The position numbers and the translations under genes were made by a program. From NCBI GenBank assembly GCA_003344405.1, contig NOWV01000015.1, positions 558,001 to 622,000 on the forward strand: 64,000 nt of DNA. Direction: 5' to 3'. Positions within the stretch are counted from its first letter, which is position 1; each line of letters begins with the position of its first letter. This document shows positions 1 through 13,150 of the stretch, one piece after another. The notes under the pieces were generated by a model. It was given only the letters and a program-made list of their open reading frames with translations, had not been told where the DNA came from and searched no databases. Origin of the DNA: Trichoplax sp. H2 (taxonomy: Eukaryota).

Positions 1-2335
1 TTTAGCATATAGGGTGGATTCTGATGTACCGGTTGCTTCATCCACCGGTAACTTAATACTAGACGCATAGTTTAAGATGTTGCTGGGGGTAGTTGGCGAT
101 TTAGGTTGTTCGGTTTTCTTGACTTTAGCAGGGGGATTATCTTTATTATCTTCTACGCAAAGATTGTTAAGCAATAGTAACCATCAAATCAAAGTAAATC
201 TTGAAATCAACTCAAATAGATTCAATACAATTACTAAATTTTATGGTAGTTACCTACGCCCGTAGTAAACTAGTCATTTTAAGATTTACGTCTAAAATAT
301 GTAATTTCGAAAGCCTGACGTTAACAATCATGGATCATCGTTACAGTATTTACCAGTTTGCTTTTTCTTACGCTTTGCTTCACGGCTTGCACTGCGCGGC
401 TGATCTTCAATTTCAAGTAGCTATACAACAGTGAAATTCAATAACCACTAATGTAAATGTGCTGTACATCCTTGTATACTTTTAATTTTAAACCTCAAAA
501 GTGTTCATTACCTTTGTACTCCTGACATTTGTTGGTGTGCGTAAGCCTCTATTGTAAGTTGGTAAGTTTCTACCGGCAATAGTTGGAGTACTGTTACGTG
601 CGATAAAACCGGCATTAGCAGAAGAACTTGCAGCAGAAGGACGTCGATTGCCTATCGTAGGCAAAGCTAATAACGTATAAAAGCATTCATTGTAAATATA
701 ATTACTTCAAATAAAGCAAGCTATCTTAGATCTAAATACGATTGTACCATACTACACTAGTCTATTTCTAGTAATAAGGTGGAGAGCATCAAGTTAAAGG
801 TTCAATGTAGCAAAGCAGTTAACATCTTTAATAATTCGTGTCAAAAACATGTACATACGTGTTGAAGGTTCGATTTTATTAAACCTTTCCTGCTTTGCTT
901 GTCCACTCTGAGTTATACCTAATAGCAATAACGTAACCCACAGTTAGCGACATATTTTGTCGTCTACAATGTTATGATAATATTCCAGTAAACAGGATCA
1001 TTTAAGCAACTCTAGTCGATTAAGGACACAAGGCTAAGCATTGATGTTGTACAGTATCTTAACGAGATAATTTGGTTACAGCAGATGTAGAAATTTCGAA
1101 GATTTGATACTTACTCTTTTCTATTAACATTGCTCTCAATTCGGCTGATTTTGGCTTTCTTTTTAACGTAAAATGTTTGGTCACGTTTGGTAGCTTACCA
1201 TATAGATTATTCAGGACCGTACTGTTTATATATGACGCTTCAAGAGGCATTTGCTCGAGGCTAGGTGACATTGTATCTGATGCTTTCTTAGCTGCAGCAT
1301 AAGAACAATAAAAAGAACAATGTTGTTATTGCATAGCATGCCATGATTAGGATTAATCTACAAACACTTCTAGTACGTATATCATCTTTCCTTGAAACTA
1401 AGATGGCTTCTACCTTTGTCATCAACCTCGTCTTTTCAGTAATTTGTAATACTAGTAGAGAAATACTGTACACAAATAGTTTATTGTACTACTACTCTAA
1501 TGGTTGTAAAATGCATGTAAATTGCAGTTTGCGATTCGTCTTGATACTGTATTTTAACTTATCTACACCGACAATCGCGTCAAGTTAAGGAGACTAATAG
1601 GAATTCAGAGAAATAGGACTGCTGATGCTTTTATTAAAGAACAATTTGAACTAGTTGGTTGGGATTACGCTGCAAATCTCCTGATTACATTTATGGAGCT
1701 ATTTTGTGAAATACACATCCTTTTGAGAACAGAAAGAGGAAAGGAGGGATCATCATCTTCACTACAGTACAGTATGTATGAGCAGTACATACACTAACTA
1801 TCACTAAGTGGTTGCCTTCACAAGTCTACACATATGAGGTTATCCTATCATTTTTGGGTATGGAATGGTCAAGGATGGCGATCTACATAACGCTAACTCA
1901 CTACAGAATAAGAGATCGCTCAGGAGAAATGTCACTCCAGTTCAACTGTCTAAATACTATCGTACCTGCTTCGGTGACACTGGTGAAGAAATCAGCTAAA
2001 TATTGGTTGGCATTCTTTAATGAATCTAAGTAATCAGGAGAATACAATGTAACCATAATTCTAGCTATTGTCGACGTCCATTGATCACGATCCACGACGG
2101 CTTGTTGAAGAATTTCGCTCAACTCTTGAGAGAATTCTTCAATTTGCGCATGGCTTAAATGGAATAGCGACAGGATCAAGCGTAACTTGACTTGCGCTTC
2201 CATCGTATGAAATGCATCTTTAATATTGGCTAATACTTCACGATCTAGCATCATGGCAGCACTTTTACTACACCAGTTATCTGAGCCAGAGAGTCTATTC
2301 TGTAACCACATTAAACTTGACTGATAGACCGACAT
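1..2335 (-). CDS. NELFA: Negative elongation factor A (NELF-A/WHSC2), multi-exon, 3' end outside the window
   Basis: ATG at 2335. Exons approx 1966-2335, 1115-1291, 859-918, 511-667, 354-421 and 1-152, with GT-AG boundaries that keep the frame. Motifs: WLQNRLSGSDNW, VKLRLILSLFHL, D-QW, MPLEASYIN, KHFTLKRKPKSAELRA, KLLEIED...REAKRKK. Confidence 0.9.
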
Positions 2336-2444
2336 TTTGATAGAGTGAATTGGTCGATGGAACTTGCAACTTTTGAGATCAATCAATCGGCGTACGCCAA
2401 GAAGCAAGAGATTGGAAAGATTGAAGAGTTCCACACAAAGCCAG

Positions 2445-3470
2445 TGTACACTGTACAGTATTACTGCATTACGCTATATGCTGTACTGTAGATCATTTAA
2501 GGTATTAAACCGAACCTTACCTTTCTCAGGTCTACAGTACATATTACTGTACCCTACAATACAGGGTACTGTACACTGTACGTACAGGACTGTACTGTAC
2601 TGTATTAAACCGCACCGAACCTTACTCAGGTCTACAGTACATATTACTGTACGTACAGGACAGTACTGTACAGTACTGTACAGTACAGTACACTGTGCAG
2701 TACAGTACTTAGTGTGCTGCATTACACTATACTGTATACTGTAGATCATAAAGGTATTAAACCGAACCGAACCTTACTCAGGTCTACAGTACATATTACT
2801 GTACACTGTACAGGACTGTACTGTACACTGTGCAGTACTTAGTATGCTGTGGAAATGCCGGTGTGACGAGTGTAAACTGGTGTAAACTGTGTCAATATTG
2901 ATTGATGGGGTGTGAATGAAGTGCATTGTACTGTAGTTACAGTCATGGACTACTAGCAAAGAACCGGTTCTGTTCTTTGCTAGTAGTCTACGTCACAGTT
3001 GGATGTGGCAAGCTACGTTACTCTACTGTGCTCTATAGTTTTACAGTATAACTGCTGTGTTTAGGTAGTGCTTTCTCACTTTTTTGCATTGCATGAAAAC
3101 GTTTTTAAATTGGACGATTTTGTCATAATTACTTCCAGTTCAGTATAGTTTGTCATACGACTTCAAGGAGAAAAATTCAATTCAATTTGGGAATTTTCTA
3201 TTTATTTATACAGTACCAGTGTACACTGTACAGTACTGTATACTAAAATGTACTGTCGACGAAAACATGGGTTTGACCTTGTGTCATGCGTTGTGTCTAC
3301 AGTATGTGTACTGTACAGGCTATAGTGTGAACTACTGTATCGTACAGTAGAAAAATGCAAGATGCAGTAACGACATGTACTGTACACTGTACCGTACTGT
3401 ACAGTGTACAGTGTACAATGCTCATTGAACAGACCAGTACCTTAGTGTACTGTACACTGTAGAGTTCTAG
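2445..3470. repeat. TACAGTAC/GTACTGTA-rich low-complexity region with three copies of a ~50-70 bp unit, in the divergent NELFA/GT31 intergenic region
   Basis: Dense tacagtac/actgtac words. The unit 'tattaaacc(g)..aacctta..ctcaggtctacagtacatattactgtac' recurs at ~2503, ~2603 and ~2755. Confidence 0.85.
2948..2988. repeat. Perfect 17-bp inverted repeat with a 7-nt loop
   Basis: gactactagcaaagaac (2948-2964) and gttctttgctagtagtc (2972-2988) are exact reverse complements. Confidence 0.95.
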
Positions 3471-3625
3471 TCAAACAACTCAATTACTGTACATATAAAG
3501 TAGTTGGACGGTCGAGAGAGATCTTCTGATAGTCATGAACGTCTAGTCTTGGACGCTTTTGGAAAATGGAGATAGATATTGATGACAGTTGAGTGATTGC
3601 TACCATCCTTTTGGAGTAATTGAAA

Positions 3626-4831
3626 ATGTTAAGACAATTACTCACTGGTTCACCCAATAGACATAAGATATTGATAGCATCGGTCGTCTTTTTCAGTATT
3701 TTATCGCTGACTTCCTTCTTTTTGTATGTGCGACGATATCAAATCCGATATTGTCATGATGGTAATTATGATGAAAGCAGCGGAGCTTGCAAGAGATCGG
3801 TCATTAATGAACCTGAGCCCATTGTCAAAGAGATTATTCTATTACGTGGTCATAAGAAAGTTGGATATAATGAAGAGGATCAATTTGATAAAGGCCCAAA
3901 TAATCGCTATTTTGGCAGTGATGCTAAATGGTTTCTTGATTTACATATGAGGCAGGCAGTTCCAACTGCTACATCTTGTCGAAAGAACGTTGCAGTGGTG
4001 GTCATGATTCACAGTCATGTGAAGCATTTCATTCGACGAAAGGCTATTCGAAATTCTTGGGGTAATACTAGTACGATACCATTCCCTATTGGTAGGATGC
4101 AAAAATCCAGTTGGAGAGTTTTATTTATTCTTGGACTCTCTTTTAATGCGACTGAAGATCAATTAGTTCGGCAAGAAGCCAAACGTCATGGTGATATGAT
4201 CTTACTCGACATCTATGAAGAACGAGAATCGACCACATTAAAGACACTCTTAGCCATGTACTGGTTCTTTGTTCAATGCCCTTCGACCACATTCTATTTA
4301 AAATGTCAAGATGACGTCTTTATCAATCCTTACAGCTTAATCAGGTATATCATCTATTTAACAACTGGTAAAATGACTCGCGGCGTCTATGCCGGCCAGG
4401 TGTCACCAAGTGGTTTAACACCCCGTACCGATCATGGTGAAACGCTAGCTGTTTTAGCCAAGGAATATCCAGATGTCTATATACCGGATTATTGTTTAGG
4501 ATTTGCCTATCTTATGAGTAGGGATGTTGTGTCTACACTACTTCAAACTGTCGAGCACGTTCAAATGATTACAACTGCTGATGATATTTATATTGGTGTA
4601 CTAGCATTCAAAGCGAATATACGTCCACGACACTATCCTCACTTAATTCATACCTTTAATTTAGAAAGAAAAGTTGTGTACAAAATTAGTATTCGAGCAT
4701 TAAGTGAGCGTATTGTCGAGCATGGTATTATTAATCATAAAGTTCAATTGATGCTACTCAATGCAGTTAAAGGTCGATTAGGCAGAAAGTGGAAAATACC
4801 TCGATCTCCTCAGCCCAGAGCCTACAAATGA
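3626..4831 (+). CDS. Glycosyltransferase family 31 (beta-1,3-galactosyl/GlcNAc-transferase-like), single exon, type II membrane protein
   Basis: ATG at 3626. N-terminal TM anchor. GT31 motifs: RRKAIRNSWG, LFILG, EAKRHGDM, TLKT, YLKCQDDVFIN, YPDVYIPDYCLGFAYLMS, DDIYIG. Confidence 0.9.
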   Translation: MLRQLLTGSPNRHKILIASVVFFSILSLTSFFLYVRRYQIRYCHDGNYDESSGACKRSVINEPEPIVKEIILLRGHKKVGYNEEDQFDKGPNNRYFGSDAKWFLDLHMRQAVPTATSCRKNVAVVVMIHSHVKHFIRRKAIRNSWGNTSTIPFPIGRMQKSSWRVLFILGLSFNATEDQLVRQEAKRHGDMILLDIYEERESTTLKTLLAMYWFFVQCPSTTFYLKCQDDVFINPYSLIRYIIYLTTGKMTRGVYAGQVSPSGLTPRTDHGETLAVLAKEYPDVYIPDYCLGFAYLMSRDVVSTLLQTVEHVQMITTADDIYIGVLAFKANIRPRHYPHLIHTFNLERKVVYKISIRALSERIVEHGIINHKVQLMLLNAVKGRLGRKWKIPRSPQPRAYK

Positions 4832-6892
4832 AGACACCATTGATTGATATATTCAATTCAACATTAAAATGACTTGAGGCATAAATCTCCAACTGCATAA
4901 TCCGGCTTTTACATATTAGCGTACGAGTATAACATTTTATATCCAATCAATATGATTCAAATGGATGTGGCCTATTTTCTACCTCTACACTTGATATAAA
5001 ATTGGTCTCTACTACACGGATCATCGGCGATTCCGGACAGTGAATTATGGTTTGTGAGAGTAATCCCTGGTACAGTTCAGTATAAATTTCTACAAGCGAC
5101 AAAAATTAATTCAATTAGAAAAACGCAATATTTAGTTTCCAATAGATGGCTTGAATTTATTTCATAGATAAAATTAAAATTTTTCTATGACTACAAGTAC
5201 AGTACAGTACAATGTTAATAAACGTAGTGGAAGCCAAGGAATTATTCTCCTTAAAAGCCTATTTTTTGATATCATTTATTTCTCCGACGGTATGCTCAAC
5301 ATTAAGCGACTACTTTTATTTTATGCTCCCTAATGTAATGTACAGTATTATATCATCGCGCTAAACTCATTCCTATGTTGATTACATATTTTTATCATAC
5401 GTAACGCAATATCGATAACTAAAAAGTTTCATCAAGTCAAAATTTGTAAAGTCTTAAGAATAAAGAATTGATTATTTTTCACTATTATCTTAAACAATTG
5501 ATATCTCTGATTTTCAATTTCTGTATAATCTTCGCCTTTGCCAACCTTAATCAATGATTTTGGCTTGTGGCATATGATCTTTACGATCGATAATCTCTTG
5601 AACAAATTTTTTTTATCTAAAGGAATACAATACATAGTTCTTTATTACGCTTTGTACATAATCCTTCATTCGATGTGCCGTAATATGATTTGTCATATTT
5701 GTCTATGTATTGAAACAAATAAAAGTCTTAATTATTCCATGACTTCGATATCTATTACTTAGTATTAAATGCTACATATTTATGTACAACATGTCCATAT
5801 GCATATATACGGTCTATTCAGATTAGCATTTAAATTTCAATGAGACGATACGCAGCTCTTGATCTAAAAATTTTGACTGTCGGCGAATGCCAATATTCAA
5901 CATACGATATCTAGATTAGAAAATCTCTAGTGATCACAACATTAGTAACAGTAGTGAATTTGCCATTCATATCAAAGAATACAAATTTCACGAATTACAG
6001 TAACTTCAATGTTGGATGTCAATATTTGAGCAACATGTGAATTTGATTTTGTAACCTAACAAACAAGTTGACTATCCTCCGAGAATTATCCATTAATTAC
6101 GCAAACTTGTTAATTTCGACAATAGTGGACTCAATCTCAATCGAAACCTAATACAATCAGATACAATTGCTCTCTAATTAAATTATCAATCGGTAAACTT
6201 AAGTGATATCGATCTAAGAGATTGGATAAGTTCAATCTTTCAACAATAAGAACACGCGACCATATAATCTTTTCAATTATAGATGGTTATGCAATCACAG
6301 AAAATAAGGAAAATCAGATTGCACCAGAAACTATATAGGTGCACGTGTTGGACTATTGACTTACAGTTAACAAATTTACTATACGAGCAACAGATACGAT
6401 CAGATTTCACACATACAGGCAACTTCGATCATTTATTAATTTATAGTTTATTATATCATTAAATATCCTTATTAGAATAGGTAAACTACCCAATTACTGA
6501 ATTGGGCACTTACAATAAATAAATGAACTTGATACATTGTTGCTTGTTTAACGAAGCTCTCGCTATTCTCCTTAATGCGTATACCCCAATTGACATTGAA
6601 GAAAATTAAATTCAATAACTTTTATGATAAAATTATCATCGTCTACTTGACTATTGTTACTCTAATGATTGTAGAATATTTTACTGAATTCGTAGTAAAT
6701 AACGCAACACTTAATAATAGTAATGATCTAAAAACCTATCAAGCAAACGAATAGTAAATAAGAAAGACATAATTACAATTTGAGATGAAGTTTCCTGCTA
6801 CAAATCCATCTTTAAATCTACCAGTTGCTTAATAATGTCATGTGAATTATCAATCGATCAAGATGTTGAAATATATTGTGACTGGGGGCACT

Positions 6893-9800
6893 TCATGCAT
6901 TGGTAGAACTGAAAAATAGCGAGAAAGAAATATTTAAAATCATGTTTTTAATTCCAATAAATAATTAATTATATTACGAATATGCATGTATACCTGGAAT
7001 CTGCTCCTTGAAAGATAGATTTTCTTGTCGATATAGCGTTACCGAATGATAAAGCAGCGCATACAATGGAGTAGCACAAAGTGACAATGAACATCGCCAG
7101 TTTAACGTTGTTCGAAATTTGCGGTTGTTTTTCGTAAGTATAATCAAGTGCAGCATTGATTATAGCAAAAACGGAAACTATTGCAGTTATACAACTAAAT
7201 CCAAAGAATGCCCCCTTCTATTGAATATATCAACAGCAAATTTTTAGTAAGCAGGCCCCAATTTTTTTAAAGTACAGGATAACATTTATCATATCAATTA
7301 GAGAAAAAAAAATTTACAAACCACATCCGAACGACCACAACGAAACATGTCAATCGCGGCAATTCCAGAAGCAAATACCTGATGGTAATAAATTAATAAT
7401 TGTATAATTTAATAACATCCTCGCTGAAGTCCCTGAATAGCCTTATTATAAAATATATATAATACTATTGATCATCAACAGAAATCATCACTGAGAATTA
7501 TCATCTTACCACGCTAGACAGTATAAAATTCATAGTACTATAAGCGTAACCAACAGTTAGAGTAGTACCGATACAAGCACAAGCAAAAATGACTAGGCCT
7601 AATAAAATCTGAAAAAGTCCATTCATCCAAGCTGAGCAGAAAAGGAGCCTCGGTATATTGGAAGCATCAGATTTTCGACTGACTCGTTGCTGTCTAGCTG
7701 CAACAAAGTAACCAACTATGCCCAGAATCACAGCAGCCCCGCCACCGAGGGAAATCACAGCAATTACAGCACGTAATTGAGAAGTTGCAAAATTCGCATC
7801 AAAGAGATGTTTATAAGCTACTGCAGCTGTGCATAACGCTCCTGCAGACTGCATAGAAGCCATAAAAAATAGGTTGCGGTGCCAGAAAGTCTATTTCGAA
7901 TGATACAAAGGGAAAACTTACACTTTCAACTAAGGATATCAACACATTGGATATTGATTTCGATGACCGCTGAAGCGGGCTAGAAATTATTGATTATGTA
8001 CGTAGTATTGATCTTGACGATGTTTAGCAAAATAAAGATATGTTTCATGATAAAAAGATTAAAAATTAAAAATTACTATCGCTTACTAGTACTGGTAGTC
8101 CGTTAACGTGAATAGCAAAGCCAAAAAAACCTGTAGTGAAGAGCTGTGTGCAGGAGAACAAGGATTAATTGTTAAAAATAATATAAAAATTATAGTGTAC
8201 AAAAATGGTAAAACTTTTGCAAAATAAATTGAAACAGTGAAAAGCTTATGCAGTCATAGGTATGTTTTAAGCGAATATTAGATGTAAAGTTAGATAACAT
8301 TATATGGCATTTGACCATTTATTAATTTCTAATTTAAAATAACTTAATACTAGCATAACTACTATGGCGATGACTATGACAATCGTGCGAATAAATAGAT
8401 AGTAAAAATTACTACTTACAGCACCAGCGGCTTGATAAGACATTAACGTAAAAAAGTATCCTCCACCTGAACTAAATGTTGAAACGATCGCGGCTGTAAA
8501 TAACAAAAGTCCATTGATAAACTGAATGATGCTATAAATCAGATTGAGAGAATAGCGTGATTTCTCTATGGATAGATTTCTATCTTCAGGGGTAATAGCA
8601 TTTTCATCTTTGGATTCGTTTCTGAAACTCATTTCACCGTCTGCCGAATACATTTCAGATCCAGTAGATTCTTTAGTGATCTTATAAATAGTAATTATAA
8701 TCCAAAAGTTGGCAATGACAGTTACGGCACATACACCAATGAGTAAACCAAAAATAGCCATTTGGGTAGTAACAAATCGTATCAATCCGGCGTTAAAAAT
8801 TTGAGCATATCGGACTATAGCAGTGATTACACTGACTTGATTCCAGACAGAAAATATACCCACACCACCTAACTGTGATCATTGAAAGGTAGTATTAGCA
8901 ATATTAACAATATTTACTAATTTACCATCCACCTATGCATGCTTTAGTGTGTTAGTAAGTGATGATCATAACCTTCATCATGATTTAACCACAAAGAGGA
9001 GATTGCCAGACAGTACAACAATGTAAACAAGTAACAAATTATAATTATAGGGCATCAAATAGACGAGCTTGTAAACAATATACAGTCATCATCAGTAGAC
9101 TACTACTCTTACTCGACTGATAGATAGTACAGAACTAGTTAATCTAAAGTAATATACGACATATCGATAGTTTGACAATTTGTGTCATTAGATACTTTCA
9201 TCAAAAATGCATTTCTTATGCGAACTAAAGACTTTTCACTAGGCCTCGATATTTTTCTAAAATATATGCGTATCATGTCGCCTAGTTAAATACAAATTCA
9301 CTTTCAATGATTTACAACGATTGTTGTTCAACACTATTTGAAATTAGGTGTCATATATAATATCGATTTGCACCATACACGGAGTAAAAATAGAGCACAG
9401 ACTTACTGTTTTCGATGATTCTTGCTTATTATGGTAGTAAGCCATAAGCCCACATCCTAAAGACTGTATTAAGAAATCAATACGTGTAATAAGTTATATG
9501 GTGCAAAATATGTTCATTCCAATCGTAAGCGAATTGTCATCGGCGTAAGATGAAGGCTTAAAGTTAGGATAAAACTCATGCCGAAAATATAGCCAAAATT
9601 TCATTCACATAGTAAGTATAATTTAAGTAATCATTATTTCGTTCAATGATAATGTACAATATCGTTGATTAAGGTAGAATTGTGTGATTACCAAGTTAGT
9701 TGTAAAGAAATTGTTTATAGCTAAGGTAGATCAATAGATGCAGTCTCTGCAAAATGATAGAATATTCAGAAATAAGTATCTCACGGTGAAGATATCAGAA

Positions 9801-11105
9801 AAACGTCAAACAGACTGCATAGATACGAGTTTTGGAGCCAATCTACTGTCTTCCACGCCATTTTAAAGTTGTGATTGATCGTGTATTCTTCAATATGTTG
9901 GTACTGAAAGAGCTATTATCATATTCCTATCGTGAAGTTTCTGTATAACTATTATTCACTGTCAAGTCATTAACTTATCATAAAGTATGAAAGTATTGAA
10001 AGAGTAATCAACTATCATGTTTGGTAATGAATTTTTCTGTTCAATATTCAAGTATTTAACATAATTAATGAAGTATGCTATTTGTTTGCATCGCGTAACA
10101 GATAGAGTATGCCAGTGTACAGTACTGTATGCGTTGATTAAGTTCCATTTTCTTGTTGAAGAAATGACCTTGAATAATCGCTGAGTGCATCCAAATCATA
10201 GTAAGTTGAATTAAATTTGTAAAACTCTATTCTAGTAACAAACTTGTGCGATCATCTTTATTTTCTACTAGCGCACAGAATATCTCTCATGTACTGGAAA
10301 TAGTCGATGTACAGTATAGTACTTGATGGACTATTCTAATTTCTAACTGACAATAAGCAAGTTGATGAATTATTCTTGCTATTTTTACAGTCTAGCAAAA
10401 CTGGTGTATGGTTCATGATTTTATTCCAGTTTGAATAACTGATAAAAGGTAATCGATCCTTCTACAATATACGTAAAACAAGATTATTCAAGAGACAGTG
10501 AAAAAAATAATTTTAGAATAAATGCAAAAGTACCGTGCATTAACGTTAACGCTAATGATAGTCACTGATTTTTTCTGTTACTCTGCTTGAGCAAACAGTT
10601 GGGAAATTAAGTTTACTGTACGCAGTACAGTATTAATAATAAACACTTTAATCATTTCCTTGATAAGCAAGGAAATGACCTCATGTCTTAATACAAGGAT
10701 ACGTTATATCGAGTAGTCTACTCTCCTCCAGTCCTAAAACTGATCAGTTATAGTTATTATAAATAAATAATTATATTGCGTCATGATAATTAATTCATGT
10801 ATTTTAACTATTATACAAGTGTCTAATGATGAAAATGATACGGCATTTATCTATTTTGGCCCATACTACACTTTTACTGTACTTGAGATCAACGTTGTCA
10901 CTTCAAGTAAAGCAAACGCTCTCAACACTAGGTTGGATTGATCAGCTTAGTTATCTCTTACCGTTATCGAACATATAGCGGGAATCGTACATAAGGTTCC
11001 TGTATTGGCATTGCCGATCCACTCGATTGGTAGAACAATGCTCATTATAAACTGAAATAACCCCAAAACGATGTAAGCATGGCTAATTCGCCCTATAGTA
11101 GCCAT
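6893..11105 (-). CDS. 462-aa, ~12-TM protein built from three tandem MS4A/CD20-like tetraspan units
   Basis: Exons 10962-11105, 9407-9463, 8420-8872, 8087-8143, 7510-7890, 7322-7378, 6994-7217 and 6893-6908 are all GT-AG and splice into one 1389-nt frame from ATG to TGA. TM1 motif repeats: LGLFQFIMSIV / YSIIQFINGLL / NGLFQILLGLV. The family label is inference. Confidence 0.75.
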
Positions 11106-11281
11106 CTTTGCTTGATAGAATCAGGTTTTACCCGTTGATTATTGCAACTTTTCCTAATAGATCGATTGGAGACATCCACTCAATATAACTAACTATAATG
11201 ATGACAATAATAATAATTATAATGTTGATCGTTTACAACGTTAATTCAATTTGTTTCTAATCGGATTATTTTCATATCGCG

Positions 11282-11370
11282 ATACAGTACTGTACTGTAC
11301 AGTACACAGAGTACAGTACATTGTACAGTACAGGGTGTCTCATACTGTACGGTACTGTACTGCACACTAC
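11282..11370. repeat. TACAGTAC/GTACTGTA cluster ~180-260 bp upstream of the 12-TM gene start
   Basis: gatacagtactgtactgtacagtacacagagtacagtacattgtacagtacagg...catactgtacggtactgtactgcac. Confidence 0.8.
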
Positions 11371-12928
11371 GTGACCGTGACAACGGATAACCCATGGCGT
11401 TTGATCAAAATATCAATCAGATCATGATAGCCCTGCTAAAGATAGAGTAACCAAGCTCTGCATCTACTAACTGGATGCTTTTCGACGTCTGTGCAAAATG
11501 GCTTTCCAATCATGTCTTAGTAGCCCAAGAAAATGATTCATGTTTATTATTAAGCGATGACAACTTAATCAATGGACTACTGTGCTAGATCATTTCGCAC
11601 TATAAGTCATACGGTATATCTGCACTATACTTTACAGTACGAGTACTATTAATTAGTAGCAATCGTACGTAGTCTTGGATTGAGCGCAGCAGTAATAACG
11701 GTCGTGACGATGCCTTGACTGCAGGTATTTGATAAATAAACACTGTCAAGATGAAGAATGATAGGCCTTCTATTTTTACCTGACCTACATTACATCGCCA
11801 TGGTAAAATCGCATAAACAGGTAGCATACAACGACTCGATTAGACAGCTCTATCTTGAATAGATATATTTACTATTGTCCCTTCAACTAGGTATTTCTTG
11901 ATATGTCGAAAATAGCCTAGTAAACGCGTTCGGTTTTGTTGAGGTTAATGGACTGTAGTGTACTGTAATCCTATCTCCGTGATTGCGATACAATTTTCGT
12001 GCAAAATTGTTTTAGATTCAGGGTTCTGTCTACGCATACAAGTCTTTTATATAACTATCAACTCGTCCTCAACTGTAACACAATATTAAAAATAGTTGAG
12101 ATTGAGTGGAATTTGGGTACTTTGATTTATCAGCAAGAGTATAAATATCATCCATCTTTATACTGTTAGATATTACCAATGGCTGACGTAAAAATCAATG
12201 AAATCCTCAAGAAGCAGAAGTGCACGCTTCCTTACGGACTACATTTAGTAGAGGTACAACAGTATTTTATTGTAGATATAGAATTAATCATGAACATATT
12301 ATCATGGCCAATGATTTGCACATTTTACGCGAAATAAAAAATGCTAATAAAATCAATCAACCAGTTGCATTATAGTGGGTAAGGCTGACGTAATTTTTAG
12401 TCAATAATCATGAATTCCTAGTCAATTATCAACAACTTTATTGCTATGTTACGCTGTACGAATTATATTATACATCGATGTCAATAATAAAGTGAAGTGA
12501 ATGCTGCTGGTAAAAGGGCGCGCCCCTACAAATGACGATCATCTACAGCGCTAGATCGTAAAATAATCGACGATAGCAGCGATATTCCTAAATTATCCTA
12601 TAATAGATATTTCCCCCCCCCCCAAAAAAAAAACTGTCACCAACTAACATCGAGTTGTGAAAGAATTGCTATTACAATCAATGGTCGAATGGCAACTTCA
12701 TCCTTTGGTGTGATTCAGCGTGTGAACGCATCTCTAAATATAACATCATGTCAAATACTTATTATAAGTTAACGTGCGATATTTAGTGTGATAAATAACC
12801 AAATAAAGTGATCACAGATTGGACTGTTTCAACAGTTGGTTATTCTAAGTATTATTGGCCAGCAAGATGGATCGGTCACGTTAAATTACACTTTTATCGC
12901 ACGTGGTTGAACTATCTCGCTTGAACGG

Positions 12929-12935
12929 TATATAA
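12929..12935 (+). promoter_or_regulatory. Candidate TATA box of the T-box gene, with a possible 5'UTR intron at 13055-13148
   Basis: TATATAA lies ~220 bp upstream of the ATG. A gtaagt donor at 13055 and ttaaag just before 'gt ATG' suggest the intron. Inference only. Confidence 0.3.
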
Positions 12936-13150
12936 CTGAGTCAATGATAAATCCAATCCGCTATTTGGTTCATATAGGAGTTACGAATACCAACTTCTGA
13001 GAACAAATTTTCAATTTTTTGGGCAAGTATAAATTGCGCTTTCATCATTTTTCGGTAAGTGCAAGCTACTATAGCATATGATTACAATGATATTCTCTTC
13101 CTGTTGCTTCCTATCAATCAGCGGCCACGTTTGTATTATTTATTAAAGGT

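Noticed and set aside
2364-3387. Several Tyr/Cys/Thr/Val-rich ORFs (2364-2744, 2474-2749, 2774-2959, 3150-3350, 3202-3387)
   Set aside because: They are translations of the TACAGTAC low-complexity sequence, with no protein-like features.
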